Source of the DNA: Octopus vulgaris
Lineage: Eukaryota
DNA: 64,000 bases
Direction of reading: 5' to 3'
Assembly: GCA_951406725.2 (NCBI GenBank)
Contig: OX597815.1
Coordinates: forward strand, 10,540,001 to 10,604,000
In this document: piece by piece, positions 24,713 through 37,990 of the stretch
How the letters are laid out: every line of letters begins with the position of its first letter
Numbering within the stretch: position 1 is the first letter of the stretch
The notes under the pieces: generated by a model
What the model saw: the letters and a program-made list of their open reading frames with translations, nothing else
Database searches by the model: none
What the model was told of the DNA's origin: nothing
Program-made: the position numbers and the translations under genes

Positions 24713-25540
24713 CTATATATATACATACATACTTAATAAATTATGTTACTAAGGCTTAACAATTCTATTACAAAATTAATTAAGTGAAGACACTCCCTTG
24801 AAAGTAGTTATGATAAACTTCAATAAAATAGACAATTCCATCACACCTTGTTAATTAAATTCTAGGTTTTGACCGGTAGTCCGTTAATATATTGATAGTA
24901 ACGGCAACAATTTTAAGACAGTAACATGAATAAATAAGTAAATAATTTAAATGACCTCTGGGTAAGGTTGCACTTAGATCTTTTCTCTTAATGTATTTCC
25001 TTTTGACGATAGCTTTTGACCCCTCTACACCTGACCTTGTTTATCTCTTTAAATTCTCTTTAGATACATATCTGCTCTCATCCGTGTCAGGTTGATACTA
25101 AATAGCTGTTTACTGGTCAAAAAAATAATTTTCTTCTCATAGTTCCTGAATTCTTAAAGATTCAAGCTAAGTTGTCTACAAATTCTTCTGTATTTGGTCA
25201 CTTTAGAACCCCCTCCCTCTAAGTTGTCGCAGTATACTCTATATAGGCGCCTTTTCTTTTCTCCCTCTTCCCCTTTTTTCTTTTTTTCTTCTCCTTTTTC
25301 TTTTTCTTTTTCTTTTTCGTTTTCTTTTCTATCCTTCTCCCCCGTTTCTCTTTCTTTTTTCTTTTTTCTTTTTCTTTTTCTTTTCCTTCTTTCTTCTTCT
25401 TCTCCTCCTTTTTCTTTTTCTTTTTTCTTTTTTCCTTGTCTCTTTTCTCTTTTCTTTTATTTTATTTTCTTTGCCCCACAAATAAATTCCTTCAGCCTTT
25501 AGAAATTTTAACATAGCAGTTTTGCACGGAGAGCAGTAAT

Positions 25541-25887
25541 ATGGCAAATTACCTTATCATATAGCATGAAATGATTGTGGATTAAGAATGGTTAAATTCA
25601 TGGCAAATTACCTCATCATATAGCATGAAATGATTGTGGATTAAGAATGGTTAAATTCATCGTCTGTGAGAATGAAATTCCTCCTCTTACCGCTGGAAAT
25701 TTAAATCTTCACTACGGATTAATTCACCTTTTCTGTGAAGCTAATAAGTTTTTAAAAAACTGTGATAAGTCTGTGCATCATCCTCCTCATATCTCTGGAA
25801 ATTTAAATCTACACTATGGATTAATTCATCTTCTCTTTGAAACTAATAAGTTTTTAAAAATCTGTGATAAGACTGTGCATCATCATT
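25541..25887. repeat. Two adjacent tandem duplications (59 bp x2 and about 105 bp x2)
   Basis: ATGGCAAATTACC..TAAATTC repeated; TCCTCCTC..CTGGAAATTTAAATCT..GTGCATCATC repeated. Confidence 0.9.
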
Positions 25888-25997
25888 AAGGAACTTTGGA
25901 AAACTGTTTACAACCTATATCTGCCTTTAATGGAATTATCTCCAATATTTCATGAGTATAACCTCACCCACTAAGATGTCTGGAGAACTCATATGTA

Positions 25998-26088
25998 TTT
26001 TAGCTGATGAGTACGGGACACTTTTATATGCTTCAATTTTTGCAACTTGTAATAAAGCCTGTCTTTGTATGAAACAATTGTATTAAAA
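25998..26088 (+). ncRNA. Type I hammerhead-like motif
   Basis: TTTTAG-CTGATGA-GTACGGGACA...TGTCTTTGTAT-GAAA-CAATTG-TA-TTAAAA; stem III ACAATTGT; several G-U pairs; (TA)n follows. Confidence 0.7.
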
Positions 26089-26116
26089 ACTAATCCATTC
26101 TTGTTGCTTCTTTCTC

Positions 26117-26124
26117 ATACATAC

Positions 26125-26157
<33 letters not shown>

Positions 26158-26203
26158 CACATATATATATATGTGTATATATATATATATATATATACAT
26201 ATG

Positions 26204-26237
<34 letters not shown>

Positions 26238-26424
26238 TACATATATATATACATATATATATACATATATATACATATATATATACATATATATATATAC
26301 ATATATATATACATATATATATATACATATATATATACATATATATATATACATATATATATACATATACATATATATATACATATATATATATACATAT
26401 ATATATATACATATATATATATAC

Positions 26425-26471
<47 letters not shown>

Positions 26472-26579
26472 CATATATATATACATATACATATATATAT
26501 ACATATATATATACATATACATATATATACACATATATATATAAATACACTTATATATATATATATATATACATACATA

Positions 26580-26612
<33 letters not shown>
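26117..26612. repeat. Long (TA)n/(TACA)n microsatellite
   Basis: Direct inspection. Confidence 0.98.
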
Positions 26613-26613
<1 letters not shown>

Positions 26614-27076
26614 ACGTACACACACACACATATATACATCCATATATAAAATGTAAATTATGAGAGAACTAATGAAAGTTTACATTGGCAAATGACAGTA
26701 AAACAAATATAAAAAGTGGAATATGTAATAAAGGTACATATATGTAGGTATAAATGTGTCTGTGTGCGTGTGTTAGCGTATGTACAACTTCATTTATTTG
26801 TGCTTGTGTGTGTGTGTCTGTGTGTGTTGTGTATACATACAGTAGACACACCACACATTCAAATGCAGAGAAACGTGTGTGTAGGCGCGCGCATACACAA
26901 TGAGACATTTGAACTACTTACAGTGACTGTGCATATTTCTGAAGTCTGTTTCGTCTGGTGGTAGCCATAGCTAGTGTTATTAGTATACGTCTGTGCGTGG
27001 AGAACATTGAAGGAAAGCAAGGTCAACACATTATGCAGAATTTACATTACGTAAGCAGAATAATAATTGTTAACTA

Positions 27077-27493
27077 GGATCTTTTCCGTTTGAACGGCAG
27101 TTTTTTCTAGCGGTGTCATATGAAATTGTCACCCATAATTATGACCCTAGTATCGATCTATTGCATTTCAATCTGTTTTAGGATTAGGGTTAGGGGTGGG
27201 GGAAGGGTTTTTTTTTTTCTTCACAAATGTAAATAATCCCAATCTGTTTCTTAAACGAGGGACATATTCATACGGCACAGAATGCTTCTTACCTCAATGG
27301 AGGTCATTGATTGGTTGAAATTGCAGAAATTGAAGAAAAAAGAACAATAAATATCTTACAAACTATAGAATTTTCTCAATAAAGCCAAGAGAAAAAGATG
27401 TTTTCTAAACACATTCTACCAGTATACGAAGTTTAGAATTTTTTAGTTACGTGGAAATTATTTTAAAAACTGCCGTTCAAACCGAAAAGATCC
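27077..27493 (+). mobile_element. MITE with GGATC TIRs and 8-bp TSD (Merlin-like)
   Basis: GGATCTTTTCCGTTTGAACGGCAGTTTTT / AAAAACTGCCGTTCAAACCGAAAAGATCC; TSD GTTAACTA on both sides. Confidence 0.9.
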
Positions 27494-27729
27494 GTTAACT
27501 ACATCTTATTCAAATGTTCTCTGAAAAAAACTTTTTCAAAAAATCCCGGACCAACCTCCTACACCTGGATATGACCCCAACAATAATAACTCTTCGGTAG
27601 AGTGGGCCATGGTGCCCCATATATGACTTAGAGACTTCAGGTGGTGCTATTAAGTTAGACATGACCTGGGCCTATACTGGCCGAAATCTATCAAAGATAT
27701 TGATTGGTTGAAATTTTTATAAACAATAG

Positions 27730-28260
27730 ACGACCCTAGTATCGATCTATTGCATTTCAATCTGTTTTAGGGTTGGGGTTAGTTAGGGTTAAGGTTAGGA
27801 GTAGGGGGAAGGGTATCTTTTCTTCTTCACAAATGTAAATAAATCCAATCTGTTTCTTAAATGAGGGACATATTCATACGGCACAGAATGTTTTCACTTC
27901 AATAGACGGTCATTGATTGGTTGAAATTGCCAAAATGCAAGAAATTAAAGACCAAATATCTTACAAACTATAGACTTTTCTCAATAAAGCCAAGAGAAAA
28001 AGATGTTTTATAAACACATTCTACCAGTATACGAAGTTTAAAATTTTTTAGTTACCTAGAAATTATGTTAAAAACTGCCGTTCAAACCGAAAAGATCCGT
28101 TAACTACATCTTATTCAAAAAATCCCGGACCAACCTCCTACTCCTGGATATGACTCCAACAATAATAACTCTTCGGTAGAGTGGGCCATGGGGCCCCAAA
28201 TATGACTAAAAGACTTCAGGTGGTGCTATTAAGTTAGACTGGCCGAAATCTGTCAAAGTT
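27730..28260 (+). repeat. Tandem duplicate of about 27142-27700 (part of MITE plus right flank)
   Basis: Repeats the MITE right end, GTTAACTACATCTTATTCAAA and about 150 bp of downstream flank. Confidence 0.85.
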
Positions 28261-28639
28261 ATCAGAGTTATGAAGATCGTGTGTAAAATATATGGAAATT
28301 CCACTTACTTTGTTTCTCTTCGGTGGATTTTAACGACTCATAACACTAACTGAATAGCTTACGTGGGAGACGACATTACCTGAGAATAAATAAATAAACC
28401 TATTTCAATGAGCTAGCATTAATTACAAAAGGTTGAAAATCGTATCTATATAGCCTTTAGATATGTTATTAATGTTAATTGTACATTTGTAATCGATATT
28501 GTTAGCTAAGCATTTATTGAGCAGACGATCGTTGGTGTTGCCGCAGTATCGGCTGCTTGGACTATGTTCATTGTCTTCACTGAGCTTGTAGAAGTTAGAT
28601 GTGACTAAGTACAGTTCAAAGCTAAGAGCAGCTATTTCG

Positions 28640-29480
28640 ATGCTACATGGGTGCATGAACCACGTAATATATTTCTTTACTACCCACAAGGGGCTAAACA
28701 CAGAGGGGAAAAACAAGGACAGACAAACGGATTAAGTCGATTACATCGACCCCAGTGCGTAACTGGTACTTAATTTATCGACCCCGAAAGGATGAAAGGT
28801 AAAGTCGACCTCGGTGGAATTTGAACTCAGAACATAAAGACAGACGAAATACCTATTTCTTTACTACCCACAAGGGGCTTAACATAGAGGGGACAAACAA
28901 GGACAGACAAACGGATTAAGTCGATTACATCGACCCCAGTGCGTAACTGGTACTTAATTTATTGACCCCGAAAGGATGAAAGGCAAAGTCGACCTCGGCG
29001 GAATTTGAACCCAGAACGTAACGGCAGACGAAATACGTATTTCTTTATTACCCACAAGGGGCCAAACATAGAGGGGACAAACAAGGACAGAGAAACGGAT
29101 TAAGTCGATTACATCGACCCCAGTGCGTAACTGGTACTTAATTTATTGACCCCGAAAGGATGAAAGGCAAAGTCGACCTCGGCTACGCATTTCGCCCGGC
29201 GTGCTAACGTTTCTGCCAGTTCGCCGCCTTTGAACCACGTAATATGTCTATATTTCTTTTGTATTGTTGTGTCTGCGTGCTTGTGGTCTAGGATGGAGGA
29301 ATTCTACGTAAGAGATATTTTCTACAGAATCGCCTCTACTGCATCGATGTAGCAAGGTTGTTGTGTTAGTGAATTTTTGTCTATTAGGAGAAAGGTTTAT
29401 GGGATATGTTGTGTAATAACTGTTTGGTTATGTTTCTCGGGTGGCTGGAGGGAATTCATACGTATGATGTTCAATGATCC
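28640..29480 (-). pseudogene. Probable Penelope ORF remnant interrupted by the SINE
   Basis: With the SINE removed, the minus strand reads SHPRNITKQL...KKYRHITWFMHPCS, resembling the PLE motif SNHPP.IIKQL...RKRNIIWFNPPYS. Confidence 0.45.
28671..29230 (-). mobile_element. Trimeric family A SINE with 15-bp TSD
   Basis: TGAACCACGTAATAT at 28656-28670 and 29231-29245. Confidence 0.9.
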
Positions 29481-29539
29481 ATTTACGTTTAACTATGTGT
29501 AGTAAGGACAATAGGAGAGATCCAGTATAACGTATAAAA

Positions 29540-30633
29540 TATTAGGTTTAATGAGTCTGTGTCCTGTGATTTCTCCTTAGATTTTAAAGAACTAGCGTAG
29601 GCTCTTCTGGAATCTTTCGAAGAGTATATTCGGCATATTTTGCTTTATAAGTTCAATAAAGACAACAACGCAACGGAAAGTGCAAGGAATGTTAATGCAG
29701 TATTTGGAGATCAGACAATAGGCGTAAACCAGTGTCAACGGTGGTTCCAGAAATTCTGAGCCGGAAACTACAGCCTAGAAGACGATCCTCGTCCTGGAGG
29801 ATCTGTAGAGCTCGACGTGGACGTCCAGCAGACCCTAGTGGATCAAAATCCCATCGTAACTGTTGAGGAATTAGCAAAGAAGCTTGGATTTGGTCATTCA
29901 ACCATTCATCAACACCTGCGTGCCATCGGAAAAGTCAGCAAACTGGGTCAATGGTTACTCACAAACTTTCCGACAGAGAGTGAATGTGTGCTCTTCTTTG
30001 CTGTCACATCTCACGAATGAACCTTTTATGGACCGAATAGTGACTGGTGACGAGAAATGGGTTCTCTATAAAAATGTTAAGCGCTCCAGGCTAAAGGAGA
30101 TCTTCACTCACGTAAGGTGTTGTTGTCTGTTTGGGTGGATATGAAAGGTTTAGTTCGCTTAGAACTTTTAAACCCAAAACAAATTATAACGAATGAAACG
30201 TACTGCGAGCAGCTTGAGCGCTTTAAGTCAGCACTAGAAGAAAAACGACCATCTTTGGTTTCAAGACAAAAAGTGTTATTCCATCAGGATAATGCTCGTC
30301 CACATACAATGCGGATGATATTCCAAAGGCTGGAGCAGTTTGAATGGGAAACGATGTCCCACTCATCATATTCGCCAGATATTGACCCATCTGATCATCA
30401 CTTATTCCGCAGTCTTCAAAATCATTTGGATTGGACGGAAAAAATATCATTTCTGTACACGAAGTTAGATTAGTACTGGAAGAGTATTTTTCGTCACGGA
30501 CAAGTGAATTTTGGAAGAGGGGCCTTACAAGTCTACCAGACTGATGGAAGAACATAGTAGAAAATGAAGAGCATATTCTATACTTTGAAAAATAAAACTA
30601 TAAATAACCGCATTATTTATGGGGTGACCCAAT
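29540..30633 (+). mobile_element. Decayed mariner (DD34D) transposon
   Basis: RHILLYKF, QRWFQKF, LEDDPRPG, RIVTGDEKWVLY, FHQDNARPH, YSPDIDPSDHHLFRSLQNHL; frameshifts; right end TTATGGGGTGACCCAATA. Confidence 0.92.
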
Positions 30634-30659
30634 ATATATGTGTATGTATATATATATAT

Positions 30660-31057
30660 GGCGCAGGAGTGGCTGTGTGGTAAGTAGCTTGCTTACGAAC
30701 CACATGGTTCTGGGTTCAGTCCCACCAAGTGGCACCTAGGGCAAGTGTCTGCTACTATAGCCTAGGGCCGACCAAAGCCTTGTGAGTAGATTTAGTTGAC
30801 GGAAACTGAAAGAAGCCCGTCGTATGTGTGTGTGTATATGTTTGTGTGTCTGCGTTTGTTCCCCCCCCCCCCAGCATCACTTGACAATCGATGCTGGTGT
30901 GTTTACGTCCCCGTAACTTAGCGGTTCGGCAAAAGAGACCGACAGAATAAGTACTAGGCTTACACAGAATAAGTCCTGGGGTCGATTTGATCCACTAAAT
31001 GCGGTGCTCCAGCATGGCCACAGTCAAATGACTGAAACAAGTAAAAGAGTAAAACAG
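30660..31057 (+). mobile_element. Full-length SINE family C (tRNA head, CORE-like domain)
   Basis: GGCGCAGGAGTGGCTGTGTGGTAAG, GGGTTCAGTCCC, ACCTAGGGCAAGT, internal (TG)n, tail GAAACAAGTAAAAGAGTA. Confidence 0.85.
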
Positions 31058-31910
31058 TATATATGTATGTGTATGTATACATATATGCATATATATATAT
31101 AAATATATATATATACATATATATATATATATTATATATATATATATAAATATATATACATGTATGTATATGTGTGTGTGTGCGCGCACGCATCTTGAAA
31201 GAAGGAAAGAGAACGTAGGCGTGTCCTTCGCCTACGATGTTTTAGGCAATGTGGAACTAACAACCTCAGGTAAATGCGTTGAGTGCTGCTTTCCTTTGTT
31301 CGCCTACTCGTCTGTGTGCGTATGCGTGGGCGCTTGTACAGACGTACGTATGTATGTGTGTATGTTTATGTATTTATACATTCGTATGAAATTGGATTCT
31401 GTCAAAGACTTATAATATGTAGATAAAGCTAAACGGGTTTTTAATGAATAAATAAATCTATGCTTGAAGAATGTGATGAAACAACACCGGAATTAGCTTT
31501 TCAATAAGTTAACCCGAGTAAAGTTCTATGAAAAACGCCAGGTGCTCTTGCATTAAGTCTCTCCTGTTCACACTACTAGTATTGTCCAAAAGAAAATGAC
31601 AAAGTTGGCTACAGATTTGTCATATTAGTTGTTGACTGAAGGTCTGCCTTATAGATTGAAGAATTACAACTGGTGAATTGTGCTTCTCGAATCGGTCCCA
31701 ATATTTTGTACGCTTTTATCGACCCCGGAATAAAAGACGAAGTTAACTCGGCGGTAAAGAGAAGCGCATAAATGCATGCATGCATAAATACATACATATA
31801 TACAGACACCCACGCATACACACATAGACATACATATCATTCTGTACACCAATATTAAGTAAGATATACATACTGCTATTTTGAACTAATACTACTTCCG
31901 TCGCTAATAA

Positions 31911-31957
<47 letters not shown>

Positions 31958-31959
<2 letters not shown>

Positions 31960-32294
31960 CAAAGTGGAGTTGTAGGGTACCGCACGAGTGGAATTATATA
32001 CGAAAGAAGGTTTGAAAATGCAATTTTCAAAGATGTTTATTTAACTTACCGGTTTCACTCTTTGGAAAAAGATTGTCAAAAGTAACATGTAGAAGTTTGG
32101 TTGCGTTAATTATTGGTTGTTACAAATTGCAACATTACATATATATATACAGTCTTTGGTAACAGGGACATGTTAAGGACATAAAAAAAGTTCAACAAGT
32201 TCCATAAAATATTGGGCAGAAAAGATTACAACATAAATAATCATTCTGTTGTAATCTTTTCTGCCCAATATTTTATGGTACTTGTTAAACTTTT
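31958..32294 (-). mobile_element. Penelope-like pLTR remnant with degenerate hammerhead (32041-32087) and 48-bp-arm hairpin (32186-32294)
   Basis: Minus strand TTACT-TTTGACAA-TCTTT..AAAGA-GT-GAAA-CCGG-TA-AGTTA; adjacent near-perfect inverted repeat. Confidence 0.5.
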
Positions 32295-32371
32295 CAAACC
32301 TTTGTCTTGTTTTGTTTTGTTTTTCCAGTTTCAGCTCTTGAGCTGTGGCCATGCTGGGGCACCGCCTTTAG

Positions 32372-32537
32372 AGTGGTGAAAGAGTACAGCAGGGATCACC
32401 ACCACCCCCCTGCCGGAGCCTCGTAGAGCTTTTAGGTGTTTTCGCTCAATAAACACACACAACGCCCGGTCTGAGAATCGAAACCGCGATCCTGCGACCG
32501 CGAGTCCGCTGCCCTAACCACTAGGCCATTGCGCCTT
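32372..32537 (-). mobile_element. 5' part of family B SINE (another fragment at about 32810-32960)
   Basis: Matches the head of 3023-3404. Confidence 0.8.
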
Positions 32538-32542
32538 CTTTC

Positions 32543-32590
<48 letters not shown>

Positions 32591-33277
32591 GTAAATTCAG
32601 TTACACACTCGCGCATACACACACATGCACATGTGTGTGTGCCGCGCGTGTTTGTTGCTTACATAACAATAAACATCCTAGGCACGGTGTGTTTATTAGA
32701 AATTCAAAAATAAATTTAATGTACTTAACGTGCAATTCCTCACACTTCACACTTTGCGTATGTGTTCTCCCCAGCTGGACGGGACGCCAGTCCATCGCAA
32801 CGTTACTCAAGAAACAGGAAGCGAGAGTGAGAGAAAGTTGGGGGCGAAAGAGTAGAACAGGGGTCGCCACCCCCATCCCCCACTGCCGGAGCCTCGTGGA
32901 GCTTTAGGTGTTTTCGCTCAATAAACACACACGAAACCGCGATCCTCCGGCCGCGAGTCCGCAGAGCAAAGTAGAACAATGTTAGTTTTCTGTGAACTCT
33001 TTTATGATCAAAGACATTACAGCCGTGAGTAATTTTCATTGTTTTTTGAGGTATAGTGTACCGCAGAGTATCCTTTAATTAAAACCGCAGGAAACGATGT
33101 AACACAGAAAACACAATACACACATTAAAACACGTGCATTTATACACACGCTCACACACATAAGTGCACCCGCATACACAAACATACACACACACACACA
33201 CACCAAATTGAGGGAGCGGAGGAGGTAAAATGTAAGCTACATTTCTTTCTAAGCTACTTGTTAACGCAAGAGTTACG

Positions 33278-34578
33278 ACATTGCGCTTCCACTGTCGATC
33301 TCCTGGCCATCTCTTTAATCTGAGCCGATTTGCTGCCAATTCAAAAGTTTTCCAGTCTCTTATTCGTGACCTCCTTTATGCGGACGACTGTGACCTAGTC
33401 ACTCATACAATGGATGACATTCAAATAATTATGAGTCGTATTTCTGCTTCTTGCAAGGGATATGGACTCAGCATTAGCCTGGACAGGGCTGTTGTAATGA
33501 TCCAGCCTGAACCACGAAAAATCCATATGTGGAACCAACTATCTTGGTTGAAGGAACAATACTGAAAGTGGTAGACAAGTTTGTCTACCTGGACAGCACA
33601 TTCAGCCATTCTTGCTCCCTGGATGACGAAATATCTTTCAGGCTGCAAAGAAAAACTGATTCCTTCCGGTCTCGTGTCTGGTCCCAGCATGGCACCACAA
33701 GGCAAACAAAAATTACTGTGTACAGTACATGTGTACCGACATGGCTCCCTTACTCATGTGAGACATAGGCCATTTACAAACGTCAGGTAAAGGTCCTTGA
33801 ATGCTTTCATCAGAGATGACTCAGACGTTCTGAATGTTGACTGGACCTTAAAAAAACTACAGACACACAGGTCTTGAGGAAGGCTGATATTTTGAGTATT
33901 GAGGACATGGTGCACAAGCACCGGTTACGTTGCACTGGACGCCTTATTAGAATGAAGGATAGCAGGATCCCTAAACAGATGCTATATGGGGAACTTGTTA
34001 GTGGATAGAGACCTCGGCAGAAACCAAGGCTGCGATTTAAGGACTGTGTCAAGTCCTCATTAAAAGCCGGTGATACGCAGGAGACTGACTGGGAGAGTAC
34101 TACTTGTCATCTTATGGCGTGTGTGTGTATACTTGTCAAGAAAGTGGTTAGGATTTAGATAAAAAATTATTTATTTAGTGCTTTCATCCCTTCGAGAGAT
34201 TCATCACAGATATTTCTGTTACATATACCTTCTGTGTCAAGTCGTCCTTAAAAGCCGGTGATACGCAGGAGACCGACTGGGAGAGCACTACCTGTCATCA
34301 TCACATATGGAGGGGGAAGAGTAAAGAGGGGGCCGACACCTTTGAGAGAGTCCGTATTGAGCACGAAGAATTTAAGCGTGCTGCTCGAAAGCGCACTGCT
34401 AGTGTAGTGAATGGGGAAAGCTTGGTTTGCAATGTCTGCAGTCGTGTATGTTTATCAAGGGCAGGGCTCATTAGCCACCAACGGAGGCGCAAATGCAAAA
34501 TATAAGTTAGTCCTAGAGTGCACAATGTTCGTAAATGTCAGCAATAGTCTCCTTCTGTCACGAGTGGACGGTCATCAT
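33278..34578 (+). mobile_element. 5'-truncated RTE-clade LINE
   Basis: GHLFNLSRF, IRDLLYADDCDL, VVDKFVYLDS, RIPKQMLYGEL, KPRLRFKDC, terminal CNVCSRVCLSRAGLISHQR. Confidence 0.9.
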
Positions 34579-34980
34579 GTATACGTGTATTGCATTGCAT
34601 TGCATGTATGTATGTATGCAATATCGAATATCCAACGAGTTAATGCGGGATCTCCTAACGACAATGCAAACTTCATATAATCAAGAAGGTATCCTTCACC
34701 TGAAAAGTAGCTTGAAGACTACCTTCGTTTGGATGATTTACTACTTCCGAGGTTCCACTACATATGTAGCCTAAATTTTATCTCCATCATTCCCTAATTT
34801 GGGGATATATTCCGATGGAAAATTTATACTCATGAAAAGAATATATGTATTGAATTTTAATGTATATATGTATCTTATCATGGTTCTCGTTTTGTTAAAT
34901 AAATAAGTCAACATAAGTCAACATTCTAATATCCTAAAGCTGATAAACCAACTAAATTGTTTCTCCATTTTCTTATTTGC

Positions 34981-35033
<53 letters not shown>

Positions 35034-35034
35034 A

Positions 35035-35250
35035 AAAAGGAGATAGTCAGGATATGGAAACAAAAAAACGGTATTTTTCTAGCGCTTTGATATTTTAAGG
35101 AATTTATCAAGAATAATTTTTTTTTAGAAAATTCATACCTTTTATCAATGTGCGTGTTAGTTGAGAAAATTTGGAGTTGTACTTGTTTTTTGGGGTTTGG
35201 GAAACAGGATGTTTTGGTAGTAATTGAGATGTTCATTGTTTATTCTGAAT
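35035..35250 (-). mobile_element. Penelope-like pLTR family copy
   Basis: Reverse complement aligns by eye with 36560-36700; starts at (TA)n. Confidence 0.5.
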
Positions 35251-35795
35251 CTCTATGCGCGTGTATGTATCTGTAAGCGTGTGTGTGGTGAACTTTAGGG
35301 AGGTTTGGTTTGAGACATTGGTTTCCATATAAAATTTAAAAGCGGGTTCTTCTTCCAAATAAATGCAGATATGATCTGCAAGACACAGGTCTTAATATAC
35401 TGTATAACCTGCCCCAATTGCAAATCTTTTTGCACAGGTTTCACGTCATACGAAAAGAATTACGTAAATTTCCGCTGAGCAAGCATTTGGAAATATTCGG
35501 GAACAGCAGATTCAATATCTTTCTGCAAATGCCCAAGGGCTGATCCAAAGTACTGGAAGGCAATGGAACTACATTTTTAAAATAAATTTTACATAAACTA
35601 AACGCGTTAAATATAGATTTATAAACACGTGGGAAATCTTTATTAAAAAAAAAAAGAGAAAGTAGACGAGTTTCTCGGAGGAATCAAACCAGATTACTAC
35701 TGTGCATCGTTATTAATAATGTTCTCACTCATTACTGTTACTAAAATAACTGGAAAAATTCACTTAAGCAACCACCGGAACACACATACACTCTG

Positions 35796-35866
<71 letters not shown>

Positions 35867-36175
35867 ATCTCTTTCATGCACATACGCCTAAACACACACA
35901 GACATGCAGACAATTAAAAACCTTCCAAGGCAATTTAATAGATTCTATTTTCTACATATAGGTAACATGAAAACTAACCAAAAAAAGTGTTAGTCACACA
36001 ATGACAAAAGTAAATTTATTGCAATTGATAAAAACAATGTGAACCTTTTGATCGGTCATCAATTTCAACTATCCCAGAAAACCACCTCTTTCTTTTCTTT
36101 CTTTCTTTTCTCGCCACGCCTCCAAAAATTCACAACAGACACATGCTTATACACACACATACGTACACACATATA

Positions 36176-36555
36176 CACTACCGTCAGAAATTAATTAGCA
36201 CCCTTGATTTGCTCTTCACTCAAGGTATGTGCTGTCACCTAGTGGCCATATCTCGAACTATTGCTTTGTTGCGAGTTCACTGTTGCGCAGAACGATGACG
36301 TAACTTTGTTTGCAGAGCAGTTTGAGAGTCTACAGCCTTATGATGTTGACATAGCAGTGCAACAACAACTTGGAGTGCGGATGCAGACAAATCTTCCTTT
36401 GTTTAATAGATATAGGTAGCGCCTCGCAAGGACCGAAATCACTCCATACTAAGTTTTCTCATCGCGTAAGACGTTTTGAACAGCTCATAGGTTAATTAAT
36501 TTAACCTATTTAATGTAGAAATTTGAGAAGTGCTAATTAATTTCTGACGCAAGTG
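36176..36555. mobile_element. Tc1-like MITE
   Basis: TA|CACTACCGTCAGAAATTAATTAGCAC ... GTGCTAATTAATTTCTGACGCAAGTG|TA. Confidence 0.8.
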
Positions 36556-36559
36556 TATA

Positions 36560-36785
36560 TTGAAAATAAACAAAAAACATCTCAAACTCTCCCGAAATAT
36601 CCTCTTCTTAAAACCTAAGAAAACAAATACAACTCCATATTTTTTCAACAATTTCGCATATAGATATATATAAAAGCTATGAATTTTCTATAACAGAAAT
36701 ATTTGTGATGAATCTCTCGAAGGGATGAAAACACTAAATAAATAATTTTTGTCTAAATCCTAACCACCTTCTTTTTCTTAATATA
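36560..36785 (+). mobile_element. Penelope-like pLTR copy with variant hammerhead
   Basis: ATTT-GTGATGA-ATC..GAT-GAAAACAC-TAAAT; inverted close copy at 34143-34222; related to 23755-23830. Confidence 0.5.
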
Positions 36786-37274
36786 TAGAAACTGTACAAC
36801 ACTTCAAACAGTCTATACATATACGCACATATACATACGATATATATATATATATAAATATATGCACATACACAGACATTAGGTTGTATCCAGTGAGTGA
36901 CAGGCACTCACCCCCCACCAAGGTGAGGGAGCGGAGCAGGTTAAATGTAAGCTATATGTCTTTCTAAACTACTTGTTTACGCATAAACTCTACTCAGCGT
37001 AACCAATGATCAAGGTGAAATTACTTTAAGGACGTTTACATTCCGCACAGAAGCAAAACACATATATAGTCCTTTACCTTTTTACTTGTTTCAGTCATTA
37101 GACTGCTGCCATGCCGAGGCACAGCCTTCAAGAAATTTTAGGATTTAATTTTTATTCCATCGATCTCTGCCGAACTGCTATGTTCCAGGGACCTAAACAC
37201 AGCAACACCGGTGGTTAAGCGGTGTTGGAGGACATACATAGACACAAAGACTCATTCACACTCATACAAACACT

Positions 37275-37530
37275 TGGCTCACTGGTTAGAGCTCGGGCTC
37301 ACAATCATGAGGTAGTGAGTTTGATTCCCGGACCAGGCTGTGTATTCTCGCGCTGGGCACTTTATTTCACGTTGCTCCAGTTCACTCGGCTGTAGAAATG
37401 AGTTGCGACGTCACTAGTGCCAAGTTGTACCGGCCGGCTTTCTTTCCCTTGGATTACATCGCTGGCGTGAAGGTGTCCTTGGGCAACTGCTGGTCTTCCG
37501 GAGACAATCTGGTACCTCAGAGTGGAACTT
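37275..37530 (+). mobile_element. tRNA-derived SINE family E (reverse fragment at about 43705-43900)
   Basis: TGGCTCACTGGTTAGAG A box, GAGTTTGATTCCC B box, CACGTTGCTCCAGTTCACTCGGCTGTAGAAATGAGT core. Confidence 0.6.
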
Positions 37531-37898
37531 TCCAGCTGCGGTTATTTACTCTTTACATACACGCGCAAACCAGCGCGCACTGCCCCGTCACCCCATACAG
37601 AACAAGTTTCTTATAGTTTCTGTCCACCAAATCCACTCACAAGTCTTTGGTCGGCCCAAAGCTGTAATAGAAGATACTCGCCCAATGTACGACTCTGTGG
37701 GACTGACCACAAAGCAATGTGGTTGGGAAGAAAGCGTCTTACCACACATCTACGCGTATGGTTATCTATATATATATTTTATATATATATATATATAGTT
37801 AATCCAAACATGAAAACACAAAGAGAAAACACAACAACGCGAGGACGTGGAACAAATATAGTATTACTGGGCGCTCAGGAAAGAAGGAAAGAAAGAGG

Positions 37899-37933
37899 GT
37901 TTAACGTTTCGAGCGGAGCTCTTCGTCGGAAAC
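37899..37933 (-). ncRNA. Minimal hammerhead-like motif with CCGACGA core variant
   Basis: Minus strand GTTT-CCGACGA-A-GAGC-TCC-GCTC-GAA-ACGTT-A-AAC, in an about 190-bp element between (TA)n tracts. Confidence 0.55.
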
Positions 37934-37990
37934 ATAGGAGAAGGAAAGATCCAGAAAATCGCCAACGGTACACACGCGGTCACATTTTGA

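Noticed and set aside
27765-27812. Interstitial telomere
   Set aside because: Only a few degenerate TTAGGG units, and they are internal to the MITE.
30117-30473. SETMAR-like host gene
   Set aside because: No SET domain; stops and frameshifts show a dead mariner copy.
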